In this document: positions 49,482 to 58,436 of the stretch, piece after piece
How positions within the stretch are numbered: position 1 is the first letter of the stretch
How the letters are laid out: each line of letters starts with the position of its first letter
From: an uncultured Gemmatimonadales bacterium
Lineage (GTDB): Bacteria > Gemmatimonadota > Gemmatimonadetes > Gemmatimonadales > GWC2-71-9
DNA length: 64,000 bases
Reading direction: 5' to 3'
Assembly: GCA_963779755.1 (NCBI GenBank)
Contig: CAVZZO010000001.1
Location: 544,001-608,000, forward strand
The notes under the pieces: generated by a model
The model's database searches: none
Told to the model about the DNA's origin: nothing
The model's input: only the letters and a program-made list of their open reading frames with translations
Position numbers and translations under genes: made by a program

Positions 49482-49894
49482 ATCCACAGATTACGCAGAT
49501 TCGTTCCGACTCGTTCCCATACTCCTGCAAGGCACGCCCGGACTCACAGGAACAACATTCTTGTTTGTCGGTGAACCGCCGAAATCCGCCCGAGCGAATC
49601 TGCGTAATCTGTGGATCCATGTCGGCGGAGAAACGCCCCCGGTCATAGACACCGGAGCCGAGTCCTTCCTGGACCCGTTCGCAGATCTCGATGTCTTCCG
49701 CCTGGACCCCGTCGGAGAATGCCAGGTCGTCGGCGCGGAAGACGATGCGGCAGCGGTCCGGCCCCAGCGGTTCGACCAGACTGGTCTGCAGCCGCTACTC
49801 CTCCAAGGCACGCCCGGACTCACAGGAACAACATTCTTGTTTGTCGGTAAATCGCCGAAATGCGCCCGAGCGAATCTGCGTAATCTGTGGATCC
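49482..49894. mobile_element. MITE/REP-like element: 22-bp inverted repeats and two 99-bp direct repeats (49520-49618, 49796-49894) enclosing a copy of the Rieske gene 3' region
   Basis: ATCCACAGATTACGCAGATTCG (49482-49503) is the reverse complement of 49595-49616 and 49871-49892; 49616-49735 matches 50008-50127; 49736-49795 matches 50173-50232. Confidence 0.75.
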
Positions 49895-49946
49895 TTCACG
49901 GGAGCGACTCGAGACCCGGAACCCCCGGGTTGTGCGAAGATGCCGA

Positions 49947-51038
49947 TCAACCCCGGGCGGCGCGGAACGCCGCTTTGAGCAGCGACTGGAAGTGATGCAC
50001 GCCGGTTTCCATGTCGGCGGAGAAACGCCCCCGGTCATAGACACCGGAGCCGAGTCCTTCCTGGACCCGTTCGCAGATCTCGATGTCTTCCGCCTGGACC
50101 CCGTCGGAGAATGCCAGGTCGTCGGCGATGATCTTCCGGGCTGCCGGCGATTCCCTGTCCGCATAGTAGTAGCGGAAGACGATGCGGCAGCGGTCCGGCC
50201 CCAGCGGTTCGACCAGATTGGTCTGCAGCCGCCCCGGCAGGATGTTGAACATGCAGTTGGGGAAGATGCAGTAATAGAGCGCCTCGCCCCGGGAGACGCC
50301 ATAGGGCGTGTCCTTGCCGTTGAGGGGCCCCACCTGGAGCGAGTAGCGGTCGTACACTTCGGTGCGGTAGGCCTGGAAGTCGTACAGGCTGCACAGCTCG
50401 GGATGCACGTGAGGGACGTGGTACGCCTCGAGATAGTTGTCCACGTACACCTTCCAGTTGCAGCGGGCCTCGTAGTCCACCCGGGCCGCGAACCGGAGCC
50501 CGTCGAACCGCATCGGCGCCATCCGCTCCGCGATGCCCGCGAGCGAGGTCGCGAGCGGTTCCGGATCGTCCGCCAGATTCACGAACAACAGGCCCTGCCA
50601 CTCCGCCAGCCGCACCGGCACCAGGCCGTAGTCTTTCTTGTCGAACAGCTCGGTGCGGTTCATGTGCGGCACGCCCCGCAGCATGCCATCCAGCCGGTAG
50701 GTCCAGCCGTGGTAGCGGCACTGGAGCATGCCGGCATGTCCGTCCTTGAGCGCCAGCGGGCCGCCGCGGTGGCGGCAGACGTTATAGAACGCGTGGATGG
50801 CGCCGTCGCCGGCCCGGACGACGAGCACCGGTTTGCGCGCCACCATGACGACCAGGTGGTCTCCCGCCCGGGCCAGCTGGCTCACATGGCCGACATGCTG
50901 CCAGGTGCGCTGGAAGACGGTCTCGCGCTCCAGGGCCTCGATATCAGGGTCGGTATACCAGACGGCCGGGATGGTCTCTGCGCGCTCGACCGGGGCGATT
51001 TCAAGGTCCCGGGGAGAGATGTGAGGTGTCGGCGTCAC
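49947..51038 (-). CDS. Rieske non-heme iron oxygenase alpha subunit (choline monooxygenase-like)
   Basis: CRHRG...CRYHGW Rieske motif; NWK...EAYHVPHVH; ED..ICE.VQ.G. Confidence 0.92.
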   Translation of the reverse strand: MTPTPHISPRDLEIAPVERAETIPAVWYTDPDIEALERETVFQRTWQHVGHVSQLARAGDHLVVMVARKPVLVVRAGDGAIHAFYNVCRHRGGPLALKDGHAGMLQCRYHGWTYRLDGMLRGVPHMNRTELFDKKDYGLVPVRLAEWQGLLFVNLADDPEPLATSLAGIAERMAPMRFDGLRFAARVDYEARCNWKVYVDNYLEAYHVPHVHPELCSLYDFQAYRTEVYDRYSLQVGPLNGKDTPYGVSRGEALYYCIFPNCMFNILPGRLQTNLVEPLGPDRCRIVFRYYYADRESPAARKIIADDLAFSDGVQAEDIEICERVQEGLGSGVYDRGRFSADMETGVHHFQSLLKAAFRAARG

Positions 51039-51102
51039 GCGCTCCGCATGGTCGGAGGGAAACCGGATGGCAAGAGACCTCGACCGTCCCCGTGGGGGGC
51101 GC

Positions 51103-51151
51103 CCTGATTCCTCATTCCCGATTCCTGATTCCTGATTCCTGATTCCTGATT
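51103..51151. repeat. Heptamer tandem repeat (CCTGATT) x7
   Basis: Read directly. Confidence 0.9.
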
Positions 51152-51152
51152 C

Positions 51153-51329
51153 CTAGAACTCCCGCCGCTTCATCTCCTTGAAGAGCCGGCGGGTTTCCGA
51201 GTCATCGTCCTGTTTGGCGATCCGCAGGGTGTCATCGTACTGGGCCGCCCGCTCCTGCACGGGAGGCTTGATCCTGGCGGCGTTCTTCTTCACCAGGGCG
51301 GCCAGTTTCTGGTCGTCACGCTTGGTCAT
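51153..51329 (-). CDS. 58-aa charged small protein (not in the ORF track)
   Basis: MTKRDDQKLAALVKKNAARIKPPVQERAAQYDDTLRIAKQDDDSETRRLFKEMKRREF; GGAG upstream; GC3-biased codons. Confidence 0.7.
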   Translation of the reverse strand: MTKRDDQKLAALVKKNAARIKPPVQERAAQYDDTLRIAKQDDDSETRRLFKEMKRREF

Positions 51330-51354
51330 GGGCCGGGGGCTCCGAGAGTAGTGG

Positions 51355-52032
51355 CTATCCGGGTAATCTAATGGACAACTTCCCGTCTCTCACCTCCAGC
51401 CCGGCCAGGTTCTCCACCACGGTCCCGGCCCCGGCGGCCGCCAACGCCTCAGGTGTGTGGGTGGTCGCCACCGCCACCACCCGCATCCCGGCGGCCCGGG
51501 CAGCCTGGATGCCGGCGGGCGCATCCTCCAGCACAATGCATTGCGAGGGGTGGGCCCCCAGCCGGCGCGCGGCCGCCATGTAGCCCTGGGGATCGGGTTT
51601 TCCCCGCTCGACATCCTCTGCGGTAATGAACACGGCCGGGGGCTCGAGCCCCACGGTCCGGAGCCGCAGGGTGGCCACGCCGACGCCGCCCGAGGTCACC
51701 ACCGCCCAGCACCGGGGGTCGAGCGCGACGGTCAGCTCCCGGGCCCCGGGAACGGCTGCCAGGCCTTCAGTCTCTTCCCCCTCCATGGCGTCGAGAATCG
51801 CCGCCTCCCGGCGGGCGTCGAGCTCCGGGGCCACCAGGGCGATGGTCTCCGAAATGCGCCGGCCGTGGGCGATCCGGATGAAGGGCTCCGGATCGCGGCC
51901 GCGCTCCGCCCCCCAGCGGCGCCACACCCGCTCGACCACGCCCCGGGAATCCACCAGAACGCCGTCGAGGTCGAAGAGGAGGGCCGCGAACGAAAGGGAA
52001 TGGGGAATCGGGAATGGGGAATCGGGGGTCAC
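51355..52032 (-). CDS. HAD-IA sugar phosphatase (YfbT-like)
   Basis: FDLDGVLVDS, VVTS, GKPDP, LEDAPAG; start uncertain. Confidence 0.9.
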   Translation of the reverse strand: MTPDSPFPIPHSLSFAALLFDLDGVLVDSRGVVERVWRRWGAERGRDPEPFIRIAHGRRISETIALVAPELDARREAAILDAMEGEETEGLAAVPGARELTVALDPRCWAVVTSGGVGVATLRLRTVGLEPPAVFITAEDVERGKPDPQGYMAAARRLGAHPSQCIVLEDAPAGIQAARAAGMRVVAVATTHTPEALAAAGAGTVVENLAGLEVRDGKLSIRLPG

Positions 52033-52084
52033 GGGCAGGGGACGGCTGGAGCCCAGGTTGTGCGTGTCACCATCCGGACCCGCC

Positions 52085-52486
52085 ATGTCACGTTCCCCGC
52101 TGGACTCGCCGGTCATCTCATCCCATACCCGGGCCGCCTGGCCCGCGGTGCTGGTGCTGGGCCTCGTTCTCATGGCCCAGGCGGCATGCGGAGCCTGGAT
52201 CCGCATCCCGGCCCCCGGCCCGGCGGTGATGCCGCCCGATCAACGCGTGCAGGTCTGGCGCGGCAGAGAATCGTGGATCCTGATGGGGGTCACCATCGGA
52301 ACCGACTCCCTCTGGGGTGCGCCGCTGCAGCCGACCGGAGAGCCCGCCGGCCGGCTGGCGCTCGCCCGCTGGGAGGTCGATTCCTTCCGGGTGGAATCCG
52401 AGGGCCAGGGGAGCACGCCCTTCTTCGCCTTCCTGGGCGGTTTCATTCTGGCGCTGGAGTTTCTTCGCCACGCCTGGAGTACCTGA
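52085..52486 (+). CDS. Hypothetical lipoprotein/membrane protein
   Basis: Hydrophobic segment ending QAAC; C-terminal hydrophobic tail. Confidence 0.55.
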   Translation: MSRSPLDSPVISSHTRAAWPAVLVLGLVLMAQAACGAWIRIPAPGPAVMPPDQRVQVWRGRESWILMGVTIGTDSLWGAPLQPTGEPAGRLALARWEVDSFRVESEGQGSTPFFAFLGGFILALEFLRHAWST

Positions 52487-52519
52487 AAGGCGAAGGCGGC
52501 CGGCCCAGGCCGATCGCAC

Positions 52520-52792
52520 TCAGGCGGTCCCGAACCGGCGGGCTGCCCGCTGCCGGGCGCGCGCGGCTTCGACCTCACGGTCGCGCGGCGCCGCGCTGGT
52601 CACCAGCGAGTCTACCAGCGTGCGCGCCGCCGCGGCGACCTCGTTCACGGCCTGGTCGAACGCCGCCTGGTTGGCCTGCGACGGCCGGGTGAAGCCGGAG
52701 ACCTTGCGCACGAACTGGAGCGAGGCCGCACGCACCTCGTCATCGCTGGCGGGCGGATCGAAGTTGAACAGGGGTTTGATGTTGCGGCACAT
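52520..52792 (-). CDS. DUF2277 family protein
   Basis: MCRNIKPLFNFDPPA...AASLQFVRKVSG signature; GGAGG RBS. Confidence 0.9.
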   Translation of the reverse strand: MCRNIKPLFNFDPPASDDEVRAASLQFVRKVSGFTRPSQANQAAFDQAVNEVAAAARTLVDSLVTSAAPRDREVEAARARQRAARRFGTA

Positions 52793-52906
52793 GATTCCTC
52801 CAGCGTTTCGGCTGCTCCGGGGTAGCGGATAGAGCATATCGGGTTGACACGGCCAGACAAGGGGCATTACCGAAAGAGGAACCCCGAAACGCGAAGGAGA
52901 GCCGAA

Positions 52907-53854
52907 ATGCCCTCACGCACTCCGCTGTTGCTCGCTCTGACCGCAACGCTGCTGGCCGCATGCGGTGCCAAGGAAGCCGCTCCGCCGCCGGCCCCTCCGG
53001 TCGTGAACATCGTCGCCCAGGGGCTCACCTTTCAGGCGCCCGATTCCGTTTCCGCCGGGTGGACGACGTTCCGCTTCACCAATGCGTCCGACCGGGTGCA
53101 TTTCGCGGTGATCGAGCTCCTTCCCGACGGCATCGGCGTGGCCCAGCAGCAGCGGGAGGCGGCGCCGGTCTTCCAGCAGGGGATGGACCTGCTCAGTGCG
53201 GGGAAGACCGATGCCGCCATGAAGAAGTTCGGCGAGCTGCCCGCCTGGTTCGGCAAGGTGATCTTCCATGGCGGCCCGGGCCTCACCTCCTCCGGCCACA
53301 CCAGCGAGGTCACCGTGCGGCTGCAACCCGGCACCTACCTGCTGGAGTGCTACGTCAAGACCAACGGCGTCTTCCACTCCTACAATCCCGACACGTCTGC
53401 CTACGGCATGGTGCACCAGTTTACCGTGGTGCCGGATACCTCGCAGGGGCCGCCACCCGAGGCGAATGTGCAGCTCACGCTCTCCAGCGCCGGCGGTATC
53501 GTCATGAACGGCGAGATGGCGCCGGGCTCGAACACGGTCGCCGTGCATTTCCAGGACCAGAAGGCCTACGCCAATTTCGTGGGGCATGACGTGCACCTGG
53601 TCCGGCTCAGCGACAGCACCGACACCGCCGCCGTCGCCGGATGGATGGACTGGACGCAGAAAGGCGGGCTCGCCACGCCGGCGCCGGCCGAGTTCCTGGG
53701 CGGTCTCAACGAGATGCCGGCCGGGTCCACCGGTTATCTCACCGTCGAGCTGGAGCCCGGGCGCTATGCCTGGATTGCCGAGGTGCCGAACCCGCGGGAG
53801 AAGGGGATGTACCGGGAGTTCGTCGTTCGCGACGCGGGCAACGCGGAGACCTGA
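52907..53854 (+). CDS. Lipoprotein with tandem cupredoxin-like domains
   Basis: Lipobox LAAC; VSAGWTTF.F.N...H and PGTYLLEC...H...GM, with a degenerate repeat in the second half. Confidence 0.7.
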   Translation: MPSRTPLLLALTATLLAACGAKEAAPPPAPPVVNIVAQGLTFQAPDSVSAGWTTFRFTNASDRVHFAVIELLPDGIGVAQQQREAAPVFQQGMDLLSAGKTDAAMKKFGELPAWFGKVIFHGGPGLTSSGHTSEVTVRLQPGTYLLECYVKTNGVFHSYNPDTSAYGMVHQFTVVPDTSQGPPPEANVQLTLSSAGGIVMNGEMAPGSNTVAVHFQDQKAYANFVGHDVHLVRLSDSTDTAAVAGWMDWTQKGGLATPAPAEFLGGLNEMPAGSTGYLTVELEPGRYAWIAEVPNPREKGMYREFVVRDAGNAET

Positions 53855-53896
53855 GTTATTCTGTCCCGTTCCGGCGCCGGCAGGCCCGTCGCCGGT

Positions 53897-54307
53897 TCAG
53901 GCCGGCTGGCCCGGCGTCTCCGGCCTGGCCGGCATGGGCTGAGACTTCAACCAGTCCAGCGCCTCCTCCATGCCGCGGAACACTTCGGTGCGCGGATGCC
54001 GCACTTCCGTCAGCCCCATGTACATGCGGGCCATCCCGTACTCCACATCCGACGCTACCACCAGCGCCACGGCCCCGCACTCCAGGCGTTCGGCCGTCGC
54101 GCGGGCGACCGACGCCAGGTGCTTCACCACCTCGATGGAGTCGCCCTGCACTACCTGGCTGGAGTCGACCAGAACCGGTGCGCCCCGGACGATGGCCGGA
54201 TCGGCGAGCCGGGTCTGCAGGCTGGCATTCTCCTCTGGAATACTCAAGCTTCCCCACCGTTCCACCACGACGATGCCGTCCGGTCGGACATGATGGCGTA
54301 TTGGCAC
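53897..54307 (-). CDS. STAS/SpoIIAA-like hypothetical protein
   Basis: VLVD, VALVV...YGMARMY...VFR..EEALDWL; GTG start after GGAG. Confidence 0.7.
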   Translation of the reverse strand: MPIRHHVRPDGIVVVERWGSLSIPEENASLQTRLADPAIVRGAPVLVDSSQVVQGDSIEVVKHLASVARATAERLECGAVALVVASDVEYGMARMYMGLTEVRHPRTEVFRGMEEALDWLKSQPMPARPETPGQPA

Positions 54308-54668
54308 GGTTACTCCCTGCTGGTGCTCGCTCCACGGTGCAAGTTTCGCTGCGGGCGCGCCAGGGTCCGCACGCCCTGCAGGAAAAATACCGGGTTTGTT
54401 TCCGGGTAATTCTACGTGAAGCTGCCCATCGTCCACCGGGAGCCATGCCAGAAGCGCCAGCCCCGCCAACGCGGATACGGCCGAGGCCGGGAAAATGCCC
54501 AAATTGGCGCTGTCGATCAGGCTCGGGCTGTGGTGAAGCGGATTGCCGGAACGGGCGGGTCAGGCGGTCGGCAAACTCGCGCGGGAGTCGGGCGGCCCCG
54601 TCCGGGCCTGGCGGTTCATTGCGGTTCAGACGGCCGGTGGCCCGGCGGAGGGAGTGAGGCCGGGAGCC

Positions 54669-54875
54669 TCAGGGCTCCCACCGGAGCAGCTTGCCCGGCT
54701 GCAGGTGAAAGAACCTGCAGAGAGCATCGAGGGTCTCGGCGTGCAGCCGGGCGAACACCCCGTCGGCGCGCGAGAGACGGTAGGCGCTGGGATAGCTCAG
54801 GGTGGTGCCCTTGCTGAGGGCGTAGGCCGAGATATGGCGGGCCTTCATGATCTGGTGGATCCGGAGTCGTACCAT
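54669..54875 (-). CDS. Cro/C1-type HTH regulator (HTH_26-like)
   Basis: 68 aa; SAYALSKGTTLSY helix-turn-helix, TLDALC..F...PG.LL. Confidence 0.8.
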   Translation of the reverse strand: MVRLRIHQIMKARHISAYALSKGTTLSYPSAYRLSRADGVFARLHAETLDALCRFFHLQPGKLLRWEP

Positions 54876-55204
54876 GGGGCGAATCCTCAAGGGAGGGCCG
54901 CGGTAACGCTGGTATCGCGTCTGGCGGTATACAGCGCTGCAGTATACGTTGTGCACTGGTAGATAGCGAGGAGCCGAGCCCATGCCCCACTCTCTCTCCG
55001 ATCAACTTCGCAAGTCCCGTCAAGCCCGCGGTAGCGTTCGCGATTCGAACTCCAACGCGTCCAATCGGATGCCTGGGAGGGCCAAGCTGATCGCTACGCC
55101 CCTTCTCCCCCCGCCGTTCTGCGCGTGGTCCTCCCCGGCCCGCCATTGCGATGCGGGGCCGCAGTCCGATCCTTACGGTGCCCGCCGCAGGGCACGGTCA
55201 CGCC

Positions 55205-55936
55205 ATGAGCAGAAAACCACCGCGCAAGAAGGCCAGGCGCGCAAAGGCTCCGCCCGTGACGGACCAGTCTCCCATCGCGCTGGTGCTCATCGACGACAAC
55301 CGGCTGTTACGGGAAGGTCTCACGGCGATGATTCAGTCGCAGCCGGGGTTCCGGGTGCTGGTGGCATCCGCCGATGCCGTGGAGGCTCTGGAGAAGGTGC
55401 GGGAGGCCAAACCGGATGTGGTCCTGGTGGATGTCGGGCTGGAGAACCACGACAGCCTGAGGCTGACCGCGACGGTTCACAAGGAGGTTCCCGTGGCCCG
55501 GGTGATCGTCATGGGCCTCCTGCCGGGTCACGAGGAAGTAGCCCAGTACGTCCGGGCCGGGGCCTCCGGTTTCATCATGAAGGACGCGTCGTTCGAGGAC
55601 CTGGTCGCAACCATTCGCGTGGTGGCCCGCGGTGGCGAGGTCCTGCCCCGGGCGCTGACCACCTCGCTCTTTTCCGAGATCGCGCGCAATGCGTCCAGGA
55701 ACCGGGCCCTGGTTCTCGAGTCGGTGCGTCTGACCGCCCGGGAGCGCCAGGTGATAGACCTTCTGAGCGAAGGGCTGAGTAACAAGGAAATCGCGACCCG
55801 CCTGCACATCGCGATCCACACGGTCAAGAGCCACGTGCATAACGTCCTGGAAAAGCTGGCGCTCCGCAGCCGCCTCGAGGTGGCCGCGTTCAGCCACGCC
55901 GCGGGAGGCTCTTCCGGCCGCCTTCCTCAGGCCTGA
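55205..55936 (+). CDS. NarL/LuxR-family response regulator (no kinase in the window)
   Basis: LIDDN, PDVVLVD, GFIMKD, LTARE...SNKEIA...TVKSHV. Confidence 0.93.
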   Translation: MSRKPPRKKARRAKAPPVTDQSPIALVLIDDNRLLREGLTAMIQSQPGFRVLVASADAVEALEKVREAKPDVVLVDVGLENHDSLRLTATVHKEVPVARVIVMGLLPGHEEVAQYVRAGASGFIMKDASFEDLVATIRVVARGGEVLPRALTTSLFSEIARNASRNRALVLESVRLTARERQVIDLLSEGLSNKEIATRLHIAIHTVKSHVHNVLEKLALRSRLEVAAFSHAAGGSSGRLPQA

Positions 55937-55974
55937 CCGGCCTCCCCTGGTTCCTTCGATCTCGATCCCGGTCC

Positions 55975-56018
55975 CATCCTCTGATCGATTGTCTCGCCCC
56001 GCCTGACCCCCTGACATT
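55975..56018 (+). promoter_or_regulatory. Putative LuxR box CATCCTCTGATCGAT plus weak -10 (GACATT)
   Basis: Matches CCnnTGnnCGAT at 57504 and 59895. Confidence 0.45.
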
Positions 56019-56235
56019 CCAGATCCGAGTTGCACGCCGGGGGACAGACCGTGACGCCTGCCCTCCGGCCCTCCCTTCGGCGGCCGTGGAGTCATCGGAC
56101 TTCCCGGGGAAGCCGGGGGAGGCCAGGCACCGACGGTCGAAGACGCTCCGAGCGAAGCGAAAGAGCCCGGGGGATGGACTCGTGGAGGCATCCCTCGCGG
56201 CTCTTCTGCGCGTGAAAACCATAGGGGGGCATGGA

Positions 56236-56520
56236 ATGGCAACCAGGGAATCCGAGGTGACGCGCCTGACCGGGTATCGGCTGGACCAGCTGGCGGCGGC
56301 CTTCGACCGGGTGCGAGACCCGCGAGACTGGAAGGCTCCGATCTGCGCGCTCATCCCGATTGCGGAGCGTCCGGTGGTTGAGCAGGCCGTGCTCTGGTTT
56401 ACGTCCACCGCTCCCATCTTCGAAGCGGCCCCGGGCGAGCAGAATCGTCTCGTGGTCATGGCGCCGGGCTACCGGCGTGGGCTCGTTGACGAAATACGGA
56501 CTCTTCGGGCCGAGGCATAG
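56236..56520 (+). CDS. Small hypothetical protein
   Basis: LAAAFDRVRDPRDWKAPI...AVLWFT...APGY; purine-rich RBS. Confidence 0.65.
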   Translation: MATRESEVTRLTGYRLDQLAAAFDRVRDPRDWKAPICALIPIAERPVVEQAVLWFTSTAPIFEAAPGEQNRLVVMAPGYRRGLVDEIRTLRAEA

Positions 56521-56580
56521 CACAGGCGCTCGCGGCATCAGGCAGGCCGACGAGCTTGTCTTTCCTCCATGGAGGTACCC

Positions 56581-56916
56581 ATGCGGTTCGTTTCCCTGAG
56601 TCTTCTGCTGGCGGCCACGCTGCTGGTGCCGATCCGGTCGGCCCGCGCCCAGACGGTGGGCCCGGCCAGCCTGCGTGCCACCCCCGTTCAGCTCGCTTCG
56701 GCCGCGGCGCTGGCCCCCAGCGCAGCGGCCCTTACCGCCGAGCAGCCCGCGCTCCCGGTCATGGACCCGTATCAGCACGGCACCCGGCGTGAGGGCGCGG
56801 CCCTCATGCTCGTGGGAGTGGCCGGCATCGTCACCGGGCTGATTATCGACGAGCCGGTAGTGACGATCCTGTCCGCCGGGGTCGGAGGGCTGGGTCTCTA
56901 CCTGTACGTGCGGTGA
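56581..56916 (+). CDS. Hypothetical membrane protein
   Basis: GGAGG RBS; signal peptide and two C-terminal TM helices. Confidence 0.7.
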   Translation: MRFVSLSLLLAATLLVPIRSARAQTVGPASLRATPVQLASAAALAPSAAALTAEQPALPVMDPYQHGTRREGAALMLVGVAGIVTGLIIDEPVVTILSAGVGGLGLYLYVR

Positions 56917-56938
56917 GCCCTGCCACCGCGGCGAGAAC

Positions 56939-57440
56939 GATGGACCTGACCACGAGCAGGTACAGAGGGTTCAGGATCATGCCGTGCTCCTACCAGTTGC
57001 GCGAGTCCGGGTGCTGGACGGTCGACCTGGAAATCCGCCGCCGTGGCCGGAGGCTGCTATTCAGCCTTAATGAAAACCTCCCGACCGAAGAGCAGGCCCG
57101 TGTCCGCTGCTCCGGCCTGGGCCGGCGGATCATCGACGGCGGGTTGCCCGGGTGGTCGGTGGACCGCCTGCGGCGTGGCAGACGGGACTCCCCGAGCCTC
57201 ATCCACCGGTGCATGGCAGGACTCCTCCGGCCGCTCGTCCTGGCCGGCCTCCTGATGCTCGGTTTCGGCGCTTTCCTGTGGCTGCGCGAACCCCGTGTGA
57301 CCATCCGGTCCGATGCGCTCACCCTGGGCGCTGCGACGGCGGCGGCGCATGAGCAGCAGTCCGTTCAGCGCCGGGCCGCCGCCGCGGCACTGGTGACAGG
57401 CGTAACGCTCCTGGCGGTAGTCGGCCGGAAACGGGCCTGA
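56939..57440 (+). CDS. Hypothetical protein, probable fusion of a small soluble domain and a 2-TM protein
   Basis: YRGFRI..SYQL..SG.W...GRRIIDG, then two hydrophobic helices; internal ATG at 57213. Confidence 0.55.
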
Positions 57441-57503
57441 ACGGCCGCAGGCCGATGCTTCCTGAAGTCGTTGGCGTAGCTCTTCCGAGCTAGGTCACAA
57501 TCC

Positions 57504-57546
57504 ATTCCAATGGTCGATTTCACTCCCGGGCCTCCGGCGGTACACT
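57504..57546 (+). promoter_or_regulatory. Putative LuxR box ATTCCAATGGTCGAT, 22 nt, then -10 TACACT
   Basis: Same spacing as the site at 59867-59909. Confidence 0.6.
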
Positions 57547-57652
57547 TCTTGGTTGCACTGGACGGCCCGGCCTTTCGCTATGGCCGCCAACCGCCAGTGG
57601 CGGTTCTGAGGCAGGACGGCCCCGGCTGCACCGGGTACTCGATGGAGGTTGT

Positions 57653-58147
57653 ATGATCTCTCGCCCTATGCTCGCGGTCGCCCTCGTCCTTCTCTCTTCT
57701 ACTGCCGCCTGTGGCGCCTTTCACAATTCGCAGGCGGTCTCGGTGAACACCCAGGATGCGATGCTCAATAGCCGCTGGCACGCCAACCTCGCCTCTCCCT
57801 CGACACTGGCCGGAGCGGTGCAGATGAACGGTTCGGCGTCCCTGGCCCCCAGTCCGGACAGCAGCAGCACCCGCATCACCCTGAACCTGGCCAACGCATC
57901 TCCCGGTGGTCTTCACCCGTGGGCGGTGCACTATGGACAATGCGGCGAGGGTATGGATGGCGGCGTGTTCGGAGCCGGCGACGCCTACGAGCCGCTCAAG
58001 GTCGATTCCGATGGCCACGCGGCCGGGACCACGATGGTTACGATGCAGACGCCAAAGACCGGCAGGTATTTCGCCGTCGTCTACGCGTCGGTGGCAAACC
58101 CGGACATGGTGATCGCCTGCGGCAATCTCGCTCCACCGACGCAATGA
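57653..58147 (+). CDS. Lipoprotein with Cu/Zn-SOD-like/CHRD-like fold
   Basis: Lipobox TAAC; HPWAVHYGQCG, IACGNL; GGAGG RBS. Confidence 0.65.
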   Translation: MISRPMLAVALVLLSSTAACGAFHNSQAVSVNTQDAMLNSRWHANLASPSTLAGAVQMNGSASLAPSPDSSSTRITLNLANASPGGLHPWAVHYGQCGEGMDGGVFGAGDAYEPLKVDSDGHAAGTTMVTMQTPKTGRYFAVVYASVANPDMVIACGNLAPPTQ

Positions 58148-58199
58148 GCACTCGCGGAAGGCATGAAGGTTCACGAAGCACCGTTGCCTGGAGCGTCAT

Positions 58200-58352
58200 A
58201 TGCTCTTCATTCTGGCCGTCATTCTGGTCGTAGGCTGGGTTCTCGGATTTGGCGTATTCCACGTTGCGGGGGGACTGATCCATCTCCTTCTGCTCCTGGC
58301 ACTCATCGCCATCCTGTGGCACTTTCTCAGCGGACGCCGCACCAGCGTGTGA
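58200..58352 (+). CDS. lmo0937/DUF5670 family small membrane protein (not in the ORF track)
   Basis: MLFILAVILVVGWVLGFGVFHVAGGLIHLLLLLALIAILWHFLSGRRTSV; GGAG RBS. Confidence 0.88.
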   Translation: MLFILAVILVVGWVLGFGVFHVAGGLIHLLLLLALIAILWHFLSGRRTSV

Positions 58353-58436
58353 GACGCCCGGGTGGTCCGGAAGGGAAGAGGCGGCCGCGAGGCCGCCTCT
58401 TGGTGTGTCCCTTGCGCTGACCTGATCCCCCGGCGG

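Noticed and set aside
49616..50232. Diversity-generating retroelement TR/VR pair
   Set aside because: There is only one substitution, and the gene rather than the copy holds the A. There is no reverse transcriptase or Avd in the window, and the target is not a CLec/Ig-fold protein.
55081..55096. Fourth LuxR box upstream of luxR (GCCAAGCTGATCGCT)
   Set aside because: It lacks the conserved CC and exact CGAT, and no -10 hexamer is found at the expected distance.
54669..57440. Prophage or integrative element
   Set aside because: A Cro-like gene and small ORFs are present, but there is no integrase, att repeats or structural genes.
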